From positions 1,664,001-1,728,000 of the forward strand of contig OZ220089.1 in NCBI GenBank assembly GCA_964291625.2: a stretch of DNA of 64,000 bases, in the 5' to 3' direction. The DNA comes from Candidatus Latescibacterota bacterium. Lineage in GTDB: Bacteria; Latescibacterota; UBA2968; UBA8231. Below, piece by piece: positions 28,659 through 38,037 of this stretch (its first letter is position 1; every line of letters starts with the position of its first letter). A program made the position numbers and the translations under genes. The notes beneath the pieces were generated by a model. It did no database searches. It saw only the letters and a list, made by a program, of their open reading frames with translations, and was not told the origin of the DNA.

Positions 28659-30025
28659 CACCAGACCTCCCCGGCCAGGCGCGCCTCCAGCTCGTAGGCG
28701 TGGGCGCCGGTGATCTCCACCTCGGCGAAACGGCCCACCAGCCGGTCTGCGTCGGCGGCCTCCGGCGCCGCTCCCTCGATGGGGGTCAGGCCCTCCGTCC
28801 CCGGCGTCTGGAGAACCACCTGCCCGTCGATCTCCGGGGCGTCGCGCTCGAGGCGGCCGGTGATCCGCCCCTCGGAGACGGCGTCGATCAGCATCTTCCG
28901 CCGGGTGCCGACCATGTCGTGGTTGATGGCGGCGGAGATGCGCTCCTGGAGCTGGGTCAGGCGGCGGTAGCGCTCGGCGGCCGCGTGGGCCGGCAGCTTG
29001 CCGTCCAGCTCGAAGGCGGCGGTGCCCTCCTCGTCGGAGTAGAGGAAGCAGGTGGCGTTGTCGAAGCGGGTCGTCTCGATGAACTCCAGCAGCTCCTCGA
29101 ACTGGTCCTCCGTCTCTCCCGGGAAGCCGACGATGAAGGAGGAGCGCAGGCCGACGCCGGGCATGCGCCGGCGCAGGCGGTCCAGCAGGTCGAGGGTCTT
29201 GCGGCGCGTGGTGGCCCGCTTCATGCGCCGCAGCACCGGGTCGGCGATGTGCTGCAGGGGCATGTCCACGTAGCGGCACATCTTCGGGTGGCCGGCGTAG
29301 AAGTCGAGCATCTCCCCCGTCCAGAAGGCCGGGTAGGTGTACATCAGCCGCAGCCACTCGATCCCTTCCACCCCGGCCAGCTTCTCCAGCAGCGGCACCA
29401 GCCGCGGCCGGCCGTAGAGGTCGGCGCCGTAGCGCACCGAGTCCTGGGCCACCAGGACCAGCTCGCGCACCCCGGCCGCCGCCAGCCGCTCCGCCTCGGC
29501 CACCAGCTCCTCCACCGGCTCGCTCACATGGCGGCCGCGGATGGCGGGGATGGCGCAGAACGCGCACTGGTGATCGCAGCCGTCGGAGATGCGCAGGTAG
29601 GCCCAGTGGCGCGGCGTCAGGCTGGTGCGCGGCAGCCGGTCCACGTAGTGGCCGCGGCTGCGGCCGAGGAGGCGGTCCACGTGGCGCACGATGTCCCGCT
29701 CCTCGCGCAGGGTGAGGACCACGTCGGCCTCTCCGGACAGCTCCGCCTTCACCTCCTCCTCGTAGCGCGTCGACAGGCAGCCGGTGACGACCACCCCCTT
29801 GCAGCGGCCGGACTCCTTGAGACGGGCGGCGGCCAGGATCGTGTCGATCGACTCCTCCTTGGCCGGCTCGATGAAGCCGCAGGTGTTGACGATGACCACG
29901 TCCGCTTCCCCGGGGTCGCCGGTGAGGGCGTAGTCGTTGCCGCGCAGCAGGCCGAGCATGCGCTCGGAGTCGACCGTGTTCTTGGGGCAGCCGAGGCTGA
30001 TCAGGTGGACGCGGGAGTCGCTCAT
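28658..30025 (-). CDS. rimO: Ribosomal protein S12 methylthiotransferase RimO
   Basis: SLGCPKNTVDSE, NTCGFI...ESI, GCDHQCAFC radical-SAM motif, APEIDG in the TRAM region. Confidence 0.92.
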   Translation of the reverse strand: MSDSRVHLISLGCPKNTVDSERMLGLLRGNDYALTGDPGEADVVIVNTCGFIEPAKEESIDTILAAARLKESGRCKGVVVTGCLSTRYEEEVKAELSGEADVVLTLREERDIVRHVDRLLGRSRGHYVDRLPRTSLTPRHWAYLRISDGCDHQCAFCAIPAIRGRHVSEPVEELVAEAERLAAAGVRELVLVAQDSVRYGADLYGRPRLVPLLEKLAGVEGIEWLRLMYTYPAFWTGEMLDFYAGHPKMCRYVDMPLQHIADPVLRRMKRATTRRKTLDLLDRLRRRMPGVGLRSSFIVGFPGETEDQFEELLEFIETTRFDNATCFLYSDEEGTAAFELDGKLPAHAAAERYRRLTQLQERISAAINHDMVGTRRKMLIDAVSEGRITGRLERDAPEIDGQVVLQTPGTEGLTPIEGAAPEAADADRLVGRFAEVEITGAHAYELEARLAGEVW

Positions 30026-31125
30026 GGGTATTTGCGCTGCAGGAAGGATACGGCCTCGCGGACGATGTCGTCCTCGACGCCGTCCACGACCTCGACGCGG
30101 CCGATGCCGCGGGCGAGGATGAAGCGGTTGCGCCCGGAGGCGCGCTTCTTGTCGGCCCGGGTGTGCTCGAAGATACGCCCGGCGTCGATGCCGGCGACCC
30201 CGGGGCGCACGCCCAGCCGCTCGATGAGGGCGTCGTGCCGGGCCCGCGCCCCGCCGCTCTCCCACAGGCCGAGGAGGGCGGCGATCTCGGCGGCGGCGGC
30301 CATGCCGAGCAGCACCGCCTCGCCGTGGCGGAAGCCGTAGCCTGAGGCCGCCTCGATGGCGTGCCCCAGGGTGTGACCGTAGTTGAGGATCGCCCGCAGG
30401 CCGCCCTCGCGCTCGTCGGCGGCGACCACCTCGGCCTTGATCCGGGCGTTGCGGGCGATCAGGTCGTCGAGCTCGGCGGCGCCGATGCCCATCTCCACGA
30501 CCTCCTCGAGGCGCCGCTCCAGGAAGGCGAAGAGCTCCTCGTCGCGGATGACGCCGTGCTTGACGACCTCCGCCAGGCCGGCCACCACCTCCTCCCGGGG
30601 CAGGGTGCGCAGGCTGTCGGTGTCGGCCAGGACCAGCCGCGGCTGGTGGAAGGCGCCCACCAGGTTCTTGCCGTGGCGGAGGTTGACCGCCGTCTTGCCG
30701 CCGATGCTGGCGTCGACCTGGGAGACGATCGTCGTCGGCACCTGCACCACGTCGACCCCGCGCAGGTAGCTGGCGGCCACGAAGCCGGCCAGGTCGCCGA
30801 CGACGCCCCCGCCGACGGCGGCGACCCAGGCGCCGCGGTCGAGGCCGGCGCCGGACAGGCCCGAGGCCAGCTCCTCCACCGAGGCCAGGTTCTTGCCCTC
30901 CTCGCCGGCGGCGTACTCGAGTACGAGAACCTCGAAGCCGGCCTCGCTCAAGCTGCGGCGGGCGCTGTCGACGAAGGTACCCGCCAGTGCCGCGTCCCCG
31001 ATGAGGGCGCAGCTCATCCCCAGCCCCAGGCCGCGGCAGCGCTCCCCGAGAACGCCGACGGCGCCGTGACCGACGACGATGTCGCAGGATCGCCCGTCGG
31101 GCAGGCGCACGGGGACCTCTCTCAT
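30022..31125 (-). CDS. aroB: 3-dehydroquinate synthase
   Basis: GGGVVGDLAGF, QVPTT, DASIGGKTAVN, KNLVGAFHQP, LNYGHTLGHAIE. Confidence 0.95.
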   Translation of the reverse strand: MREVPVRLPDGRSCDIVVGHGAVGVLGERCRGLGLGMSCALIGDAALAGTFVDSARRSLSEAGFEVLVLEYAAGEEGKNLASVEELASGLSGAGLDRGAWVAAVGGGVVGDLAGFVAASYLRGVDVVQVPTTIVSQVDASIGGKTAVNLRHGKNLVGAFHQPRLVLADTDSLRTLPREEVVAGLAEVVKHGVIRDEELFAFLERRLEEVVEMGIGAAELDDLIARNARIKAEVVAADEREGGLRAILNYGHTLGHAIEAASGYGFRHGEAVLLGMAAAAEIAALLGLWESGGARARHDALIERLGVRPGVAGIDAGRIFEHTRADKKRASGRNRFILARGIGRVEVVDGVEDDIVREAVSFLQRKYP

Positions 31126-31658
31126 CTTCGGCACTCCTCCAGGCGCCGGGCCAGGCCGCCCGCCACCGCCTCGGCCGAGGTCTCCTCCGAGGTGCGCACG
31201 GTGATGTCGGCGGCGCCGTAGAAAGGGGCCCGCTCGGCCAGCATCTCCTCGATCTTTCGGCGCCGCTGATCCGGCGTCAGGCCGGCCAGCAGGGGCCGGT
31301 CCTCCTTGCGGGACAGCCGCTTCAGGATCGACTCCACGTCGGCCTCGACGCAGACGAGGACGGCGCCGGCGCCGCGGATCGCCTCCCGGTTCCGGCTTCG
31401 GGTGATCGCCCCGCCGCCGAGGGCGACGACGGCCCCGTCGAGGGCCGCCGCCGCCCGCACGCAGGCGGACTCCAGCTCGCGGAAGGCTTCCTCGCCGCGG
31501 TCGGCGAAGATCTCGGGGACCGTCTGCCCGGCGCGCTCTTCCACCATCTGGTCGGTGTCGTAGAAGGGGCGGCCGAGACGGGCCGCCAGCAGCCGGCCGA
31601 TGCGGCTCTTGCCGGTGGCCATGAAGCCGGTGAGGAAGATCGGCCGCGCGCGCTCCAC
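31122..31658 (-). CDS. aroK: Shikimate kinase
   Basis: LTGFMATGKS P-loop, GEEAFRELE, LGGG, RPLL; GTG start overlaps the argS TAG. Confidence 0.92.
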   Translation of the reverse strand: MERARPIFLTGFMATGKSRIGRLLAARLGRPFYDTDQMVEERAGQTVPEIFADRGEEAFRELESACVRAAAALDGAVVALGGGAITRSRNREAIRGAGAVLVCVEADVESILKRLSRKEDRPLLAGLTPDQRRRKIEEMLAERAPFYGAADITVRTSEETSAEAVAGGLARRLEECRR

Positions 31659-33367
31659 TACATCTCCTCGGGGGCGCTCATGGCCAGCAGGTCCAGCCCC
31701 GTGCGCAGGACCCCGCGCGCCCCGTCCACGAGCCGCGCCCGCGCCGCCGTCAGACCCTCGTCCCCGGCCACCAGCACGGGCACCTCGTTGTAGAGCTTGT
31801 TGGCCGCCGTGGCCAGCTCCAGCAGGTAGCCGGCCACGTACGACGGCTCGTTCTCCCCGGCCGCGGACTCGACGACGCCGGGGAACTCCGACAACTTGCG
31901 CGCCAGCCGCATCTCCCCGTCCTCCCCCAGGCGTCCGGTGTCGGCGGCCGGGTCCACGGGGCGGCCGTGGCGGCGCAGGATGCTGCAGTAGCGGGCGTGG
32001 GTGTACTGCACGTACGGCCCGGTCTCGCCGTCGAAGTTGAGGACCTCCTCCAGGGAGAAGTTGATGTCCCGGGTGCGGCGGTTGTTGACGTCGGCGAAGA
32101 CCACGGCGCCGATCCCCACCTGGCGCGCCACCTCCGCGGCGCCGGCGAGATCCGGGTTCTTCTCGGCGATGATGCCCTCCGTGAGGGCGATCGCCTTGTC
32201 GAGGACCTCCTCGAGGATGATGATCTCGCCCTTGCGCGTGGCCAGGGCCCGGCCGCGGAAGGACATGAGCCCGAAGGGCGCGTGCTCGCAGCGGTCGATC
32301 CAGTCGACGCCGGCCCGCCGCAGGGCGCCGAAGAGCTGCTCGAAGTGCAGGCTCTGCCGCTTGTCGGTGACGTAGACCATCTTGTCGAAGGCGTGCCGCC
32401 GGTGCCGGTAGAGCAGCGCCGCCAGGTCCCGGCTGTGGTAGGTGCTGGTGCCGTTGGAGGTGCGCAGCATGAGCGGCGCCGGCTGGTCCTCCAGGGGCAC
32501 GATGAGGGCGCCTTCGCTCTCCGCCGCCAGCCCCCGCTCCTCGAAGAAGGCGATCACCTCGTCGAGCCGGCCGGCGTAGTGGCTCTCCCCCAGGGTCTCG
32601 TCGAAGCGCACGCCGAGGATGCCGTAGATCCGCTCCGCCTCCTTGCGGCCCTCCTCCGAGAACCAGCGCCAGAGCCGGGTCATCTCGTCGTCGCCGGCGG
32701 CCAGGGCCCGCAGGCACTCCCGGGCCCGGTCCCGCAGCTCCGGGTGCTCCTCGGCCTCGCGGTTGAAGCGCACGTAGAGGCCCACCAGCTCGCGGATCGG
32801 GTCGGCGCGGATGCGCTCGTCGTCGCCCCAGGCGGCGTAGGCCGCCAGGAGCTGGCCGAAGTTGGCGCCGTAGTCGCCGAGGTGATTGATGCCGACGCAG
32901 CGCCAGCCGAGGAACTCGTGGATGCGGTAGATGGCGTGGCCGATGGCGGTGGAGCGCAGGTGGGCGATGGAGAAGGGCCGGGCCAGGTTCGGGGAAGAGA
33001 AGTCGATGGCCACCGTGCGGCCGGCGCCCTGGCCGCGGGTGCCGTACTCCCGGCCGGCGGCGGCGATCTCGTCGAGGGTGTGGCCGATGAAGGCGGGCCG
33101 GTGGAGGGTGAAGTTGACGTACGGGCCGGCGGCGGCGACGGCGGCGATGCGGCCCCCGGGGCCGGCCTCCGGCTCGATGCGGGCGGCCAGGTCGGCGGCG
33201 ATCTGCGCCGGGTTGCGGCGCAGCTCCTTGGCCAGGACGAAGCACGGGAGGGCGTAGTCTCCCATGCTCTCCTCCGGAGGCACGGCGAGCAGGCCGCGCA
33301 CGGTGGACGGGTCCAGGCCGCCGGCGGCGGCCGTCCTCTCGACGATCTCCTCCAGGAAGGGGTTCAT
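31658..33367 (-). CDS. argS: Arginyl-tRNA synthetase
   Basis: DFSSPNLARPFSIAHLRST (HIGH-like), NHLGDYG, FDGETGPYVQYTHAR, C-terminal PEEM. Confidence 0.93.
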   Translation of the reverse strand: MNPFLEEIVERTAAAGGLDPSTVRGLLAVPPEESMGDYALPCFVLAKELRRNPAQIAADLAARIEPEAGPGGRIAAVAAAGPYVNFTLHRPAFIGHTLDEIAAAGREYGTRGQGAGRTVAIDFSSPNLARPFSIAHLRSTAIGHAIYRIHEFLGWRCVGINHLGDYGANFGQLLAAYAAWGDDERIRADPIRELVGLYVRFNREAEEHPELRDRARECLRALAAGDDEMTRLWRWFSEEGRKEAERIYGILGVRFDETLGESHYAGRLDEVIAFFEERGLAAESEGALIVPLEDQPAPLMLRTSNGTSTYHSRDLAALLYRHRRHAFDKMVYVTDKRQSLHFEQLFGALRRAGVDWIDRCEHAPFGLMSFRGRALATRKGEIIILEEVLDKAIALTEGIIAEKNPDLAGAAEVARQVGIGAVVFADVNNRRTRDINFSLEEVLNFDGETGPYVQYTHARYCSILRRHGRPVDPAADTGRLGEDGEMRLARKLSEFPGVVESAAGENEPSYVAGYLLELATAANKLYNEVPVLVAGDEGLTAARARLVDGARGVLRTGLDLLAMSAPEEM

Positions 33368-33377
33368 CCCGGTTCCC

Positions 33378-34211
33378 TCACGGCTCGATGGCCCGGCGCA
33401 TGGCGTCCACGGGCGGCCGCACCCCGGTCCAGATCTCGAAGGACCGGGCGCCCTGGTGGACCAGCATCCCCAGCCCGTCCAGGGCCCGGGCGCCAGCGGC
33501 CAGAGCCTGCTCCAGCAGACGCGTGCGCAGCGGCTTGTAGACGATGTCGAGGACGGCCATGCCGTCGTGGAGGACGCTCCCGTCGCCCAGGGGCGAGGAC
33601 CCGGCCTCCGGCTCCATGCCGATGGAGGTGGCGTTGATCACCAGTCCCGCCTCGCGCAGGGAGCCGCTCTCCGCCAGCGGCGCCACCCGCACCCGGCCGC
33701 CATCGTCCATGGCCTCGGCCAGGCTCTCGGCCCGGGAGGCGGTGCGGTTCAGCAGGATCACCTCCTCCACCTCCCCGCGGGAGAGCAGGGCGTGGAGGAC
33801 GGCCTTCGCCGCCCCCCCGGCGCCTAGGAGGGCGACCTTCGGCGGCAGCCGCTCCAGGCCGCCCTCGCGCAGACTGGCCAGCACCCCGCAGGCGTCGGTG
33901 TTGTGCCCCACCAGCCGGCCGTCCCGGTGGTCGATGGTGTTCACCGCGCCGATGGCCCGCGCCTCGGGGGCGACCTCGTCGAGGAAGGAGAGGACCGCCT
34001 GCTTGTGGGGCACGGTGACGTTGAGGCCGCGGATCCCGAGGTGGCGCATGGCCGCGCCCACATGGGCGGCGCCCTCCGGCGGCACCGGGAAGGCGACGTA
34101 CACGTAGTCGAGACCGGTGGCGGCCAGGGCCGCGTTGTGCATCGCCGGGGACGCCGAGTGGGTCACCGGGTGGCCGATGACGCCCAGGATCCCGGTCCGC
34201 CCGGAGATCAA
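33378..34211 (-). CDS. aroE: Shikimate dehydrogenase
   Basis: GHPVTHSASP, NVTVPHK, GAVNT, NTD, GAGGAA, NATSIG, MLVHQG. Confidence 0.93.
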   Translation of the reverse strand: MISGRTGILGVIGHPVTHSASPAMHNAALAATGLDYVYVAFPVPPEGAAHVGAAMRHLGIRGLNVTVPHKQAVLSFLDEVAPEARAIGAVNTIDHRDGRLVGHNTDACGVLASLREGGLERLPPKVALLGAGGAAKAVLHALLSRGEVEEVILLNRTASRAESLAEAMDDGGRVRVAPLAESGSLREAGLVINATSIGMEPEAGSSPLGDGSVLHDGMAVLDIVYKPLRTRLLEQALAAGARALDGLGMLVHQGARSFEIWTGVRPPVDAMRRAIEP

Positions 34212-34348
34212 CCGAGGAGATCCTCCAGGAACTGGTCGGCGATCTCGAGGGACTCGCTCCAGCTGGCCCCGTAGAGGACCTTGATCATCAGGACGCCGCC
34301 GCCGAAGACCACGGCGCCGAGCACCAGCAACCGCAACATCGCTCTCAT
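34208..34348 (-). CDS. 46-aa single-TM small protein
   Basis: MRAMLRLLVLGAVVFGGGVLMIKVLYGASWSESLEIADQFLEDLLG; exactly fills the gap, with TGATG and TTGA overlaps. Confidence 0.65.
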   Translation of the reverse strand: MRAMLRLLVLGAVVFGGGVLMIKVLYGASWSESLEIADQFLEDLLG

Positions 34349-35646
34349 CACGCATTCTCCCTGGCCCTTGGGGCCTGCAACCCGTCGAGTAGATCGAAGA
34401 ACCCGGGGAAGGAGGCGTCGACGCACCCGGCGTCGTCGATCTCCATCTCCCCGTGGGCGACGAGACCGGCCACGGCGAAGGCCTGCACCAGTCCGGCGTG
34501 GCCCCGGCCCTCGATGCGCTCCCCCTTGAGCGGCCGCCCGCCCTCGATGACCACGCCCTCCGCATACTCGCCGACCTTGGCCTCGACCCGCCGCAACTGG
34601 CCGACGAGGTGGTCGACGAAGTCGTACTCGCCCCGGCGCAGCGACTCGATGTCGCGGATGATGAACTCCCCCTCCGTCTGGGTCGCCAGCACCGCCAGCA
34701 GGGCCACGTGCTCCAGGAGCTCCCGGGCCCGGCGGTCGGCCACCCGGGTCGCCTTGAGCTTGCCGGAGCCCTTGATCAGCAGATCGACGCTGCCGTCGTC
34801 GGCCCCGGCGATCTCCAGCTCGCCGCCGATCTGGCGCACGAGGTCGACGAAGAGGCGGTTGCCGGGGCGCACCATCACCCGGCGCACGGCGACCTCCGCG
34901 CGGCGTACGGCCAGGGCCGCCACCACCACGGGGAGGGCGCCGGCCAGGTCCCCGGGGACGTCCACGTCCAGGGCCTCCGGCGCCGAGCCCGGCGACAGGG
35001 TCAGGCTGCGCACCGGGGGATCGCCTTCGCGGCGGCTCTCCACCGGGACGCCGCGTTCCTTCCACGGCGCCTCGACGCGGTCGCGGCAGGAGGCCGGCTC
35101 GCGCACCACCGTCGGCCCTTCGGCGAAGAGGCCCGCCGTCAGCAGGCCCAGCTTCACCGATGCCGGCAGGTCCGCCGCCTCGTGGTCGCCGCCGCCGGGG
35201 GCCGAACCGGCCTCCAGCCGAAGGACGCCGTCGGCCTCCGCGGCGGCCGTGACCCCGGCGGGCGCCAGCAGCCGCAGGAGCTGATCCGCCCGGTCCCGCA
35301 CCGCCTCGGGGACCCGCACGCGGCCGGGCAAGGGCTGCCGCGCCAGGATCGCCAGGGCCGGCAGCACCGCCTCCTCCGAGCCTTCCAGATCGAGGACATC
35401 GTCCGCCGGCTCGAGCCCCGCCAGTCCGCGGCCGTCGACGCGGAAGCCGCGGTCCTCGCCCTCGACGCCGACGCCCAGCCGGCGCAGGACGTCCACCGTC
35501 CCGGCCGCCCCGGGGGGCACGCCGCCGATGCGGCTGGTTCCCTCGGAGACGGCCGCCATCCACAGGGCCTGGATCGCCCGGTCGCGCTCGCCCGGCACGC
35601 GGACCTCGCCCCTCAGGCGCGCCGCCCTCGAGACGGTGCGCACCAT
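34348..35646 (-). CDS. AroA (EPSP synthase)-fold protein with a degenerate active site
   Basis: LRGEVRVPG, VPGD and SFPGF scaffold motifs plus its position between tyrA and aroE; most catalytic residues are substituted. Confidence 0.8.
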   Translation of the reverse strand: MVRTVSRAARLRGEVRVPGERDRAIQALWMAAVSEGTSRIGGVPPGAAGTVDVLRRLGVGVEGEDRGFRVDGRGLAGLEPADDVLDLEGSEEAVLPALAILARQPLPGRVRVPEAVRDRADQLLRLLAPAGVTAAAEADGVLRLEAGSAPGGGDHEAADLPASVKLGLLTAGLFAEGPTVVREPASCRDRVEAPWKERGVPVESRREGDPPVRSLTLSPGSAPEALDVDVPGDLAGALPVVVAALAVRRAEVAVRRVMVRPGNRLFVDLVRQIGGELEIAGADDGSVDLLIKGSGKLKATRVADRRARELLEHVALLAVLATQTEGEFIIRDIESLRRGEYDFVDHLVGQLRRVEAKVGEYAEGVVIEGGRPLKGERIEGRGHAGLVQAFAVAGLVAHGEMEIDDAGCVDASFPGFFDLLDGLQAPRARENA

Positions 35647-36767
35647 CAGGGGCGCCTCGCCCGGTAGCCCACGGCCTCGAGGGTCTCCACCGCGCGGTCG
35701 GCCACCCCATCGGCGTCGAACCCCAGCCTCAGGGTCCCTCCCTCTCCCTCGCGCACCTTCATCACCTCGATGTCGTTGATGTTCACGCCCTTCTCCGCCA
35801 GCACCGACGCGATCTCGGCGATCACCCCCGGACGGTCCTCGCAGACGACCAGCACCTCCGCCAGCCGGTGGATGAATCCCTTGGCGTCCTTGGGGATGCC
35901 GTCGCGGACCCGGTTGGCGTACTCGAAGTCGGCCTCCAGGGCGGCGGCGCCCACCTTGTCCCGCACCTCCCCCAGGCGCGCCAGGAAGCGGTCGACCATC
36001 TCGCGGATGCGGTCCGGGTTGGTGGCGCAGATGTCGTTCCAGACCGGCTCGAAGGGGCTGGAGGCGATCCGCGTCAGGTCGCGGAAGCCGCCGGCCGCCA
36101 GGGTCAGGAGCAGGCCCTCCCGCTCCTCGTCGAGGAGGCCGACCATCTCCACGAGGGAGGTGGCCAGCAGCTGCGGCAGGTGGCTGATGGCGGCCACCAC
36201 CATGTCGTGGTCCTCCGCGGACAGCTCGAGGACGCGGGCGCCGAGGCCGCGGAGGAGGTCGCGCAGGCCCTGGTGCAACTCGCCCGGCACGGCGGCGTCG
36301 GGCACGAGGATGTAGATCGCGTTCTGGAACAGGAACGGGTCGGCGGCCGTCACCCCCGACTTCTCGGAGCCGGCCATGGGGTGGCCGCCGAGGAACCAGG
36401 CGTCGGACCGTCCGGAGCCAGCGGCCGCGGCGGCGATGCGGCGCTTGGTGCTGCCGGCGTCGGTGACCAGCGCCCCGGCGGGGACCGCCGCCATCACCCG
36501 CGGCAGGAAGTCGATGATGTGGCGGATCGGCGAGCACAGGAAGACGAGGTCCGCCTCGGCCAGCCCCCGGTCCACCTCCTCGTAGTCCCGGCCCTCGTCG
36601 ACGGCCCCGAGGGCGACGGCCTTCTCCACCGTCTCGGGCCGGCTGATGCCGACGATGGAGCCGGCGTACCCCGTGCGCCGCAGGGCCAGGCCGATGGAGC
36701 CGCCGATCAGGCCGACGCCGACGATGCCGATCCGTTGGAACCGCGAGGCCCGGTTGGCGGTGGTCAC
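35646..36767 (-). CDS. tyrA: Prephenate/arogenate dehydrogenase with C-terminal ACT domain
   Basis: GVGLIGGS, DAGSTK, GGHPMAGSE, SHLPQ, GFRDLTRIA, EDRPGVIA (ACT). Confidence 0.92.
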   Translation of the reverse strand: MTTANRASRFQRIGIVGVGLIGGSIGLALRRTGYAGSIVGISRPETVEKAVALGAVDEGRDYEEVDRGLAEADLVFLCSPIRHIIDFLPRVMAAVPAGALVTDAGSTKRRIAAAAAGSGRSDAWFLGGHPMAGSEKSGVTAADPFLFQNAIYILVPDAAVPGELHQGLRDLLRGLGARVLELSAEDHDMVVAAISHLPQLLATSLVEMVGLLDEEREGLLLTLAAGGFRDLTRIASSPFEPVWNDICATNPDRIREMVDRFLARLGEVRDKVGAAALEADFEYANRVRDGIPKDAKGFIHRLAEVLVVCEDRPGVIAEIASVLAEKGVNINDIEVMKVREGEGGTLRLGFDADGVADRAVETLEAVGYRARRP

Positions 36768-37048
36768 CGCTCCCCCTCTCCCGCGCCCTCGAGGATGCGG
36801 GCCTCGGCCATGATGCGGTCGAAGATGTCGGCGATCGCCTCCCGGCTGAGGGGCCCCTGGTTCAGGGCCTGGAGCCGCTCGATCAGGGCCCGCTCCCGCG
36901 CCCGGTCGCGCACCTGCCGGCCGCTGGCCCGCTTCAGCCGGCCGATCTCTATGGCGTAGCCGAGTCTCTCGTTGATCAGCTCGACGATCCTGTCGTCCAC
37001 CTCGTCGATGCGGGCCCGCCAGTCATCGATGTCCCTGCCGTCGGCCAT
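36764..37048 (-). CDS. Chorismate mutase, AroQ type
   Basis: WRARIDEVDDRIVELINER...IGRLK...RDRARE. Confidence 0.9.
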   Translation of the reverse strand: MADGRDIDDWRARIDEVDDRIVELINERLGYAIEIGRLKRASGRQVRDRARERALIERLQALNQGPLSREAIADIFDRIMAEARILEGAGEGER

Positions 37049-37052
37049 GGGC

Positions 37053-38036
37053 TCACCGCAGCCCCATGGCCCGGCGCACGGACTCCATGGTGGCCTCCGC
37101 CGCCGGCCGCGCCCGCTGCCGCCCCGCCTCGAGGATCCCGTCGATGGTCTCCGGGTCGGCGGTGATCTCGGCGTAGCGCCGCCGCACCGGGGCCAGGGCC
37201 TCCACCACCACCTCGGCCACCTCCTTCTTCAGGTCGCCGTAGCCCTTGCCCTCGAAGTGGGCCTCGATGGCGGCCTTCTCCTGACCGGAGAGGGCGTGAT
37301 GGATGGTCAGCAGGTTGTGGACGCCGGGGCGCTCCTCGTCGAAGCGGATCTCCCGCAGCGAGTCGGTGACGGCGCGGCCGATCCTGCGGCGGATCAGGTC
37401 GGGCTCGTCCAGCAGCCCGATGGCGTGATGCTGCCCCTCCACCGACTTGGACATCTTCTTCGTCGGGTCGTCGAGCCCCATGACGCGGGCCCCCACCTCG
37501 CGGATGACGGGCTCGGGCACGGTGAAGACCTCGCCGTAGAGGTTGTTGAAGCGGCCGGCGATGTCGCGGGCCAGCTCGACGTGCTGCTTCTGGTCGTCGC
37601 CCACGGGCACGACGGATGTCTGGTACAGGAGGATGTCGGCCGCCATCAGCACGGGATAGGTGAAGAGGCCCGCGCCGACCCGCTCGCGGCGGCTGCCGGC
37701 CTTGTCCTTGAACTGGGTCATGCGCTCGAGCCAGCCCATGGGCGTGTTGCAGATCAGGAGCCAGGTCAGCTCCGTGTGCTCGGGCACGTGGGACTGGACG
37801 AAGAGGACGCTGCGCTCCGGGTCGATGCCGCAGGCCACCAGCACCGCCGCCAGCTCCCGCACCCTGGACCGCATCTGGGCCGGCTCGTAGGGCACGGTGA
37901 TGGCGTGCTCGTCGACGATGCAGAAGTAGTTGTCGTAGCGCTCCTGGTCGGCCACCCAGTTGCGGATGGCGCCGATGTAGTTGCCCAGGTGGGGCTCGCC
38001 CGACGGCTGGATGCCGGAGAACACGCGCGGGGCCAC
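37053..38036 (-). CDS. trpS: Tryptophanyl-tRNA synthetase
   Basis: SGIQPSG, HLGNY, YPVLMAADIL, GDDQKQH, KMSKS. Confidence 0.96.
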   Translation of the reverse strand: MAPRVFSGIQPSGEPHLGNYIGAIRNWVADQERYDNYFCIVDEHAITVPYEPAQMRSRVRELAAVLVACGIDPERSVLFVQSHVPEHTELTWLLICNTPMGWLERMTQFKDKAGSRRERVGAGLFTYPVLMAADILLYQTSVVPVGDDQKQHVELARDIAGRFNNLYGEVFTVPEPVIREVGARVMGLDDPTKKMSKSVEGQHHAIGLLDEPDLIRRRIGRAVTDSLREIRFDEERPGVHNLLTIHHALSGQEKAAIEAHFEGKGYGDLKKEVAEVVVEALAPVRRRYAEITADPETIDGILEAGRQRARPAAEATMESVRRAMGLR

Positions 38037-38037
38037 G

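Noticed and set aside
34348-35646. Annotating the gene as functional aroA or as murA
   Set aside because: Key AroA residues are missing and no MurA signatures (GAKN, CxIGxR) are seen
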